Below, piece after piece: positions 59,519-64,000 of a stretch of 64,000 nt of DNA. Each line of letters begins with the position of its first letter. Position 1 is the first letter of the stretch. Made by a program: the position numbers and the translations under genes. The DNA is from Macrostomum lignano (taxonomy: Eukaryota). The notes below the pieces were generated by a model that worked only from the letters and a program-made list of their open reading frames with translations, ran no database searches and was not told the DNA's origin. The stretch covers positions 62,001-126,000 of the forward strand of contig NIVC01001424.1 of NCBI GenBank assembly GCA_002269645.1. Direction: 5' to 3'.

Positions 59519-62500
59519 TTAACTGAGCTCAAATCCGCTATTAGACTCCACAGCTAGCATGAGCTTCTGCTTGAGCGTGTCCATGTCACCATAGTCGGGC
59601 AGCTTCAGCAGGTTGATGCAGGTGCTGGCGGTGGGCAGACGGTCGGTCTCGGGCACCAGCGCCAGCGTGAAGGCCGGCTGCAGCTCTTGCCAGCCGTACA
59701 GAGGCGCCCGAGTCAGCGAGGTGACAAACCGCAGGACGGCCCGACGCTGGCGTTCGTCGAAGTCGTCCAGCATGAGTCGCCAGAAAGCGGCTACGGTGTC
59801 GGACTCGGCGGAGCAGTTCTGGTACTGCGTGTGTCGGCGAAGGTCCAGCACGTCTATCGGACTGTCGGAGCCGCTGATGAGCAGCTGCAGCTCGTTGTGG
59901 GAGAAGAAGGCCAGCCAGTCGCTGCAGGGGATCACCGACACGAGGCCCTGGGCGAAGGCCTGCGTCTGGGCGGCGGTCTGCCTGCGGAGCCGGTAGTCGG
60001 CGAGCAGCAGCTGGTACTCGGTGACATTGTCCGGCGTCACCTGGACACTGCTGCCGTCCGGTTTGAGTTCCACGGTCTCCGAGCGGCCGAGACGGTCCTC
60101 GGTGAGGCTGAAGTCCAACTCCATAGCTTCGAGGTCCTCGGCGCTTGCCGAGCTTAGGGCTAGCACGTTTCTAGGGAAAGGGGGGGGGGCAATTTTCCGA
60201 TACATATCGGCGATTCTGATTATTTTTACTTTCGATACATATCGGCGATTCTGGTTATTTATACTTTTGATACATATCGGCGATTCTGATTATTTTTACT
60301 TTCGATACATATCGGCGATTCTGATTATTCGTATTTTCGATACATATCGGCGATTCTGATTATTCGTATTTTCGATACATATCGGCGATCCTGATTATTC
60401 GTATTTTCGATACATATCGGCGATTCCGATTATTTTTACTTTCGATACATATCGGCGATTCTGATTATTCGTATTTTCGACACATATCGGCGATTCTGAT
60501 TATTCGTATTTTCGATACATATCGGCGATTCTGATTATTCGTATTTTCGATACATATCGGCGATTCTGATTATTCGTATTTTCGATACATACCGGCGATT
60601 CTGATTATTTGTACTTTCGATTCAAATAGGCAACTTCGATTATTTGTACTTTCGATACATATCGGCAACTTTGATTATTTGTACTTTCGATTCAAATAGG
60701 CAACTTTGATTATTTATACTTCAAATAAATAAAGTATTTATTTATACTTTATTTATAAAGGCAATAAATAAAGTTGCCTTCTGATTGCCTTCAGAATAAA
60801 GGCAATTCTGATCATTTTTACTTTCGATACATATTGACAATCGTCATTTGTTGTACTATCAATGCATATCAGCGCTGGACATAACAATTATTTTTTAGTT
60901 TATACTGACCCTAAAAACTCAAACTCAAAAATCTTCAGCTCACCTATACAGCTCAGCATCGAGCTCTTCAAGCTCGTCAAGACTGGCCGCCGCCCGCTGC
61001 TGGGCGTCCCTCGCCCCGCTGGCGTAGATGATCACCCGCCGGAGGAAGAACGGCGCCAACGGCAGGTCAATGAGCAGCCGTTCGAACAACAGTTTGCCCA
61101 GCAGGCGGCCGTGAAAGAAATAGTGCGACGTGAATTCCGAATTGATGGCGGCGCTCAACGGGTTCGGGTACAGCGCGCCGGAGCTCGCCTGGCTGTAGAA
61201 GCCGCGCTGCGGATCAAAGGCTGCCGACAGCACCAGGGCAAGGAACTCCCGCATCAGCCCGCCACCGTCTATGCCGGCCTCCTGCGGCACCGTGGGATAG
61301 TTGAAAGCATGTGTGAGATATGGGATCAGAGAGTGAGATATGGGATCAGAGAGTGAGATATGGGATCAGAGAGTGAGATATGGGATCAGAGAGTGAGATA
61401 TGGGATCCGAGAGAGATATGGGATCAGAGAGTGAGATATGGGATCCGAGAGTGAGATATGGGATCAGAGAGTGAGATATGGGATCAGAGAGTGAGATATG
61501 GGATCAGAGAGTGAGATATGGGATCAGAGAGTGAGATATGGGATCAGAGAGTGAGATATGGGATCAGAGAGTGAGATATGGGATCAGAGAGTGAGATATG
61601 GGATCAGAGAGTGAGATATGGGATCCGAGAGTGAGATATGGGATCAGAGAGTGAGATATGGGATCAGAGAGTGAGATATGGGATCCGAGAGTGAGATATG
61701 GGATCAGAGAGTGAGATATGGGATCAGAGAGTGAGATATGGGATCCGAGAGTGAGATATGGGATCAGAGAGTGAGATATGGGATCCGAGAGATATGGGAT
61801 CATAGGAGATATGGAATTATATAGTGAGATATGGGATCAGAGAGTGAGATATGGGATCAGAGTGAGATATGCGATCCGAGAGTGAGATATGGGATCAGAG
61901 AGAGATATGGGATCAGAGAGTGAGATATGGGATCAGAGAGAGATATGGGATCAGAGAGTGAGATATGGGATCCGAGAGTGTGATATAGGATCATAGAAGG
62001 AGATATGGGATCATAGAAGGAGATATGGGATCATAGAAGGAGATATGGGATCATAGAAGGAGTATATGGGATCATAGAAGGAGCATATGGGATCATAGAA
62101 GGAGATATGGGATCATAGAAGGAGTATATGGGATCATAGGAGTATATGGGATCATAGGAGTATATGGGATCATAGGAGATATGGGATCAGAGCCTTAGCT
62201 AGAGTCTCTCAAATCGATGGAATTATTGGAATGCTCACCTCCAGGCCCAGCTCGTTGCGAAACGACACCTTAAGCCTGGGATAGAGATTCTCCTCCCCAT
62301 ACAGTTGGCTGAAGGCGTCCTCATAGATTTTGTCTCGCCTAGCGGTGACCCTGATACCGGAGGCGCCAAACTCGTGCCTATCATAATCAATAGAAGCTTT
62401 GTAGGCGTGCAGCAGTGAATAGAATAGGCGAACTCGGTCCCAGAAGTTGATGAGGTAGGGCGCCTCGGTGAGAATGGCCAGCTGTAGCCGCTCAGTAGAG

Positions 62501-64000
62501 GACAGGTAAGGAATGCTGATTGAGTCATTCAGCACAGAATAGTAGCCAAAACTGTTGGAAGCCTCGCGCTCCAACCAGTAGGCCGGCTGCAGCGACTTGA
62601 TGGGCGGAATGCGGCCCTGCACAGACCAGTGCGAGGAGGTGCCCGAAGATTCCAGGCTTGCGTTTGACGAGGCCGGAGTGAACTTGCGCAGCTGGTCCAG
62701 GCTGTACAGGCGGCTCACCAGGAGCTTCACGCTGGAGAACAAGCTGGAGTAAAGCTGGAGTAGCTCCCTGAGGGTGTGAGAATCCGATTGGGATATTGTC
62801 AGACTGGGGATTTGAGCCCAATCGGGATATTGTCAGACTGGGGATTTGGGTCCGATTGGGATATTGTCAGACTGGGGATTTGAGTCCGATTGGGATATTG
62901 TCAGACTGGGGATTTGAAATTGATTGGGATATTGTCAGACTGGGGATTTGAGCCCGATTGGGATATTGTCAGACTGGGGATTTGAGTCCGATTGGGATAT
63001 TGTCAGACTGGGGATTTGGGTCCGATTGGGATATTGTCAGACTGGGGATTTGAGCCCGATTGGGATATTGTCAGACTGGGGATTTGAAACCGATTGGGAT
63101 ATTGTCAGACTGGGGATTTGAGCCCGATTGGGATATTGTCAGACTGGGGATTTGAAACCGATTGGGATATTGTCAGACTGGGGATTTAAGTCCAATTGGG
63201 ATATTGTCAGACTAGGGATTTGAAACCCATTGGGATATTGTCAGACTGGGGATTTAAGTCCGATTGGGATATTGTCAGACTAGGGATTTGAAACCGATTG
63301 GGATATTGTCAGACTAGGGATTTGAAACCGATTGGGATATTGTCAGACTAGAGATCTGAAACCGATTGGGATATTGTCAGACTAGGGATTTGAAACCGAT
63401 TGGAATATTATCAGACTGGGGATTTCAACCCGATTGGGATATTGTCAGACTAGGGATTTGAAACCGATTGGGATATTGTCAGACTAGGGATTTGACCCTG
63501 ATTGGGATATTGTCAGAATGGGGATTTGAACCTGATTGGGATATTGTCAGACTGGGGATTTGACCCTGATTGAGATATTGTCAGACTGGGGATTTGACAC
63601 TGATTGAGATATTGTCAGACTGGGGATTTCAACCCGATTGGGATATTGTCAGACTGGGGATCTAAACCAGACAGGGGATTCCAACCTGATTGGGATATTG
63701 TCAGACTGGGGATTTCAACCTGATTGGGATATTATCAGATTGGGGGCCGCACCTGGAGCCGCTGCCAGCTCCGCTATTGTCAGCACCAGCAGCAGCTTCG
63801 GATCCCACAGCGCCGCCTAGAGACCGCAGAGCTCGCACATAGTCAGCATTGAGCAGGTCGGGCCTCGTGTCAGGATGTGACAGCAGCAGCAGGCCCAGCA
63901 GAAGGTCGCGCAGGTCGCCAGACAGGCCCAGCAGGCACTGGCGAGTCAGCGGCTCCGGCGAGAAAAGTCTGGCGAAGGCGGCCAGCAGCGGCTGCAGGGC
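59519..64000 (-). CDS. UBE3C: HECT E3 ubiquitin ligase, UBE3C-like, 3' part (exons >64000-63753, 62767-62239, 61281-60944, 60170-59519)
   Basis: In-phase GT-AG model: ILTEAPYLINFWDRVRLF..RRDKIYEDAF..LE|EAGIDGGGLMREFL..FDP..LYPNP..FHGRLLGKLLFE..LPLAPFF...RLPTASTCINLLKLP..GFELS*. The catalytic Cys is present. UBE3C over UBE3B is judged from remembered motifs only. Confidence 0.85.
60200..60720. repeat. 35-bp intronic minisatellite (ttttcgatacatatcggcgattctgattattcgta)
   Basis: ~12-14 copies filling most of HECT intron 60171-60943. Confidence 0.93.
61308..62190. repeat. 20-bp intronic minisatellite (gagtgagatatgggatcaga)
   Basis: ~40 copies filling HECT intron 61282-62238; drifts to atatgggatcatagaagg variants. 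Confidence 0.95.
62785..63740. repeat. 34-bp intronic minisatellite (ccgattgggatattgtcagactggggatttgagt)
   Basis: ~28 copies filling HECT intron 62768-63752. Confidence 0.95.

Noticed and set aside
59519-64000. Functional link between the HECT ligase and the LINE's ubiquitin-like motif
   Set aside because: They are ~30 kb apart and the LINE is a mobile insertion; proximity is most likely coincidence.

Overview
Eukaryotic (intron-containing, GT-AG) animal DNA, dense in repeats; the style suggests an invertebrate such as a free-living flatworm, which is my inference only. Main content: (1) a dispersed cluster of eight paralogous genes for secreted proteins (signal peptide + WSC domain exon, then a PAN/Apple-like exon), plus one orphan PAN exon, at various stages of duplication and decay; (2) a three-exon GPI-anchored Ly6/uPAR (three-finger) gene; (3) the 3' part of a UBE3C-like HECT E3 ligase whose introns are filled with minisatellites; (4) a near-intact single-ORF LINE (APE-RT-RNase H-CCHC) inserted with a 10-12 bp TSD into a CAG/TAG satellite; (5) an intron-containing tyrosine-recombinase (Crypton-like) gene whose 5' part is amplified as ~9.7 near-identical 655-bp units; (6) a Polinton/Maverick relic (pPolB and protease), three Tc1/mariner derivatives, SINEs, LINE and gag fragments, and many mini/microsatellites. 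The best candidate for something undescribed is the LINE leader, which carries HTVLRLRGG, an 8/9 match to the ubiquitin C-terminus (HLVLRLRGG), just upstream of the endonuclease, where some related LINEs carry 2A peptides. This suggests cleavage by host deubiquitinases. All splice models and family assignments were made by eye, with no database searches.
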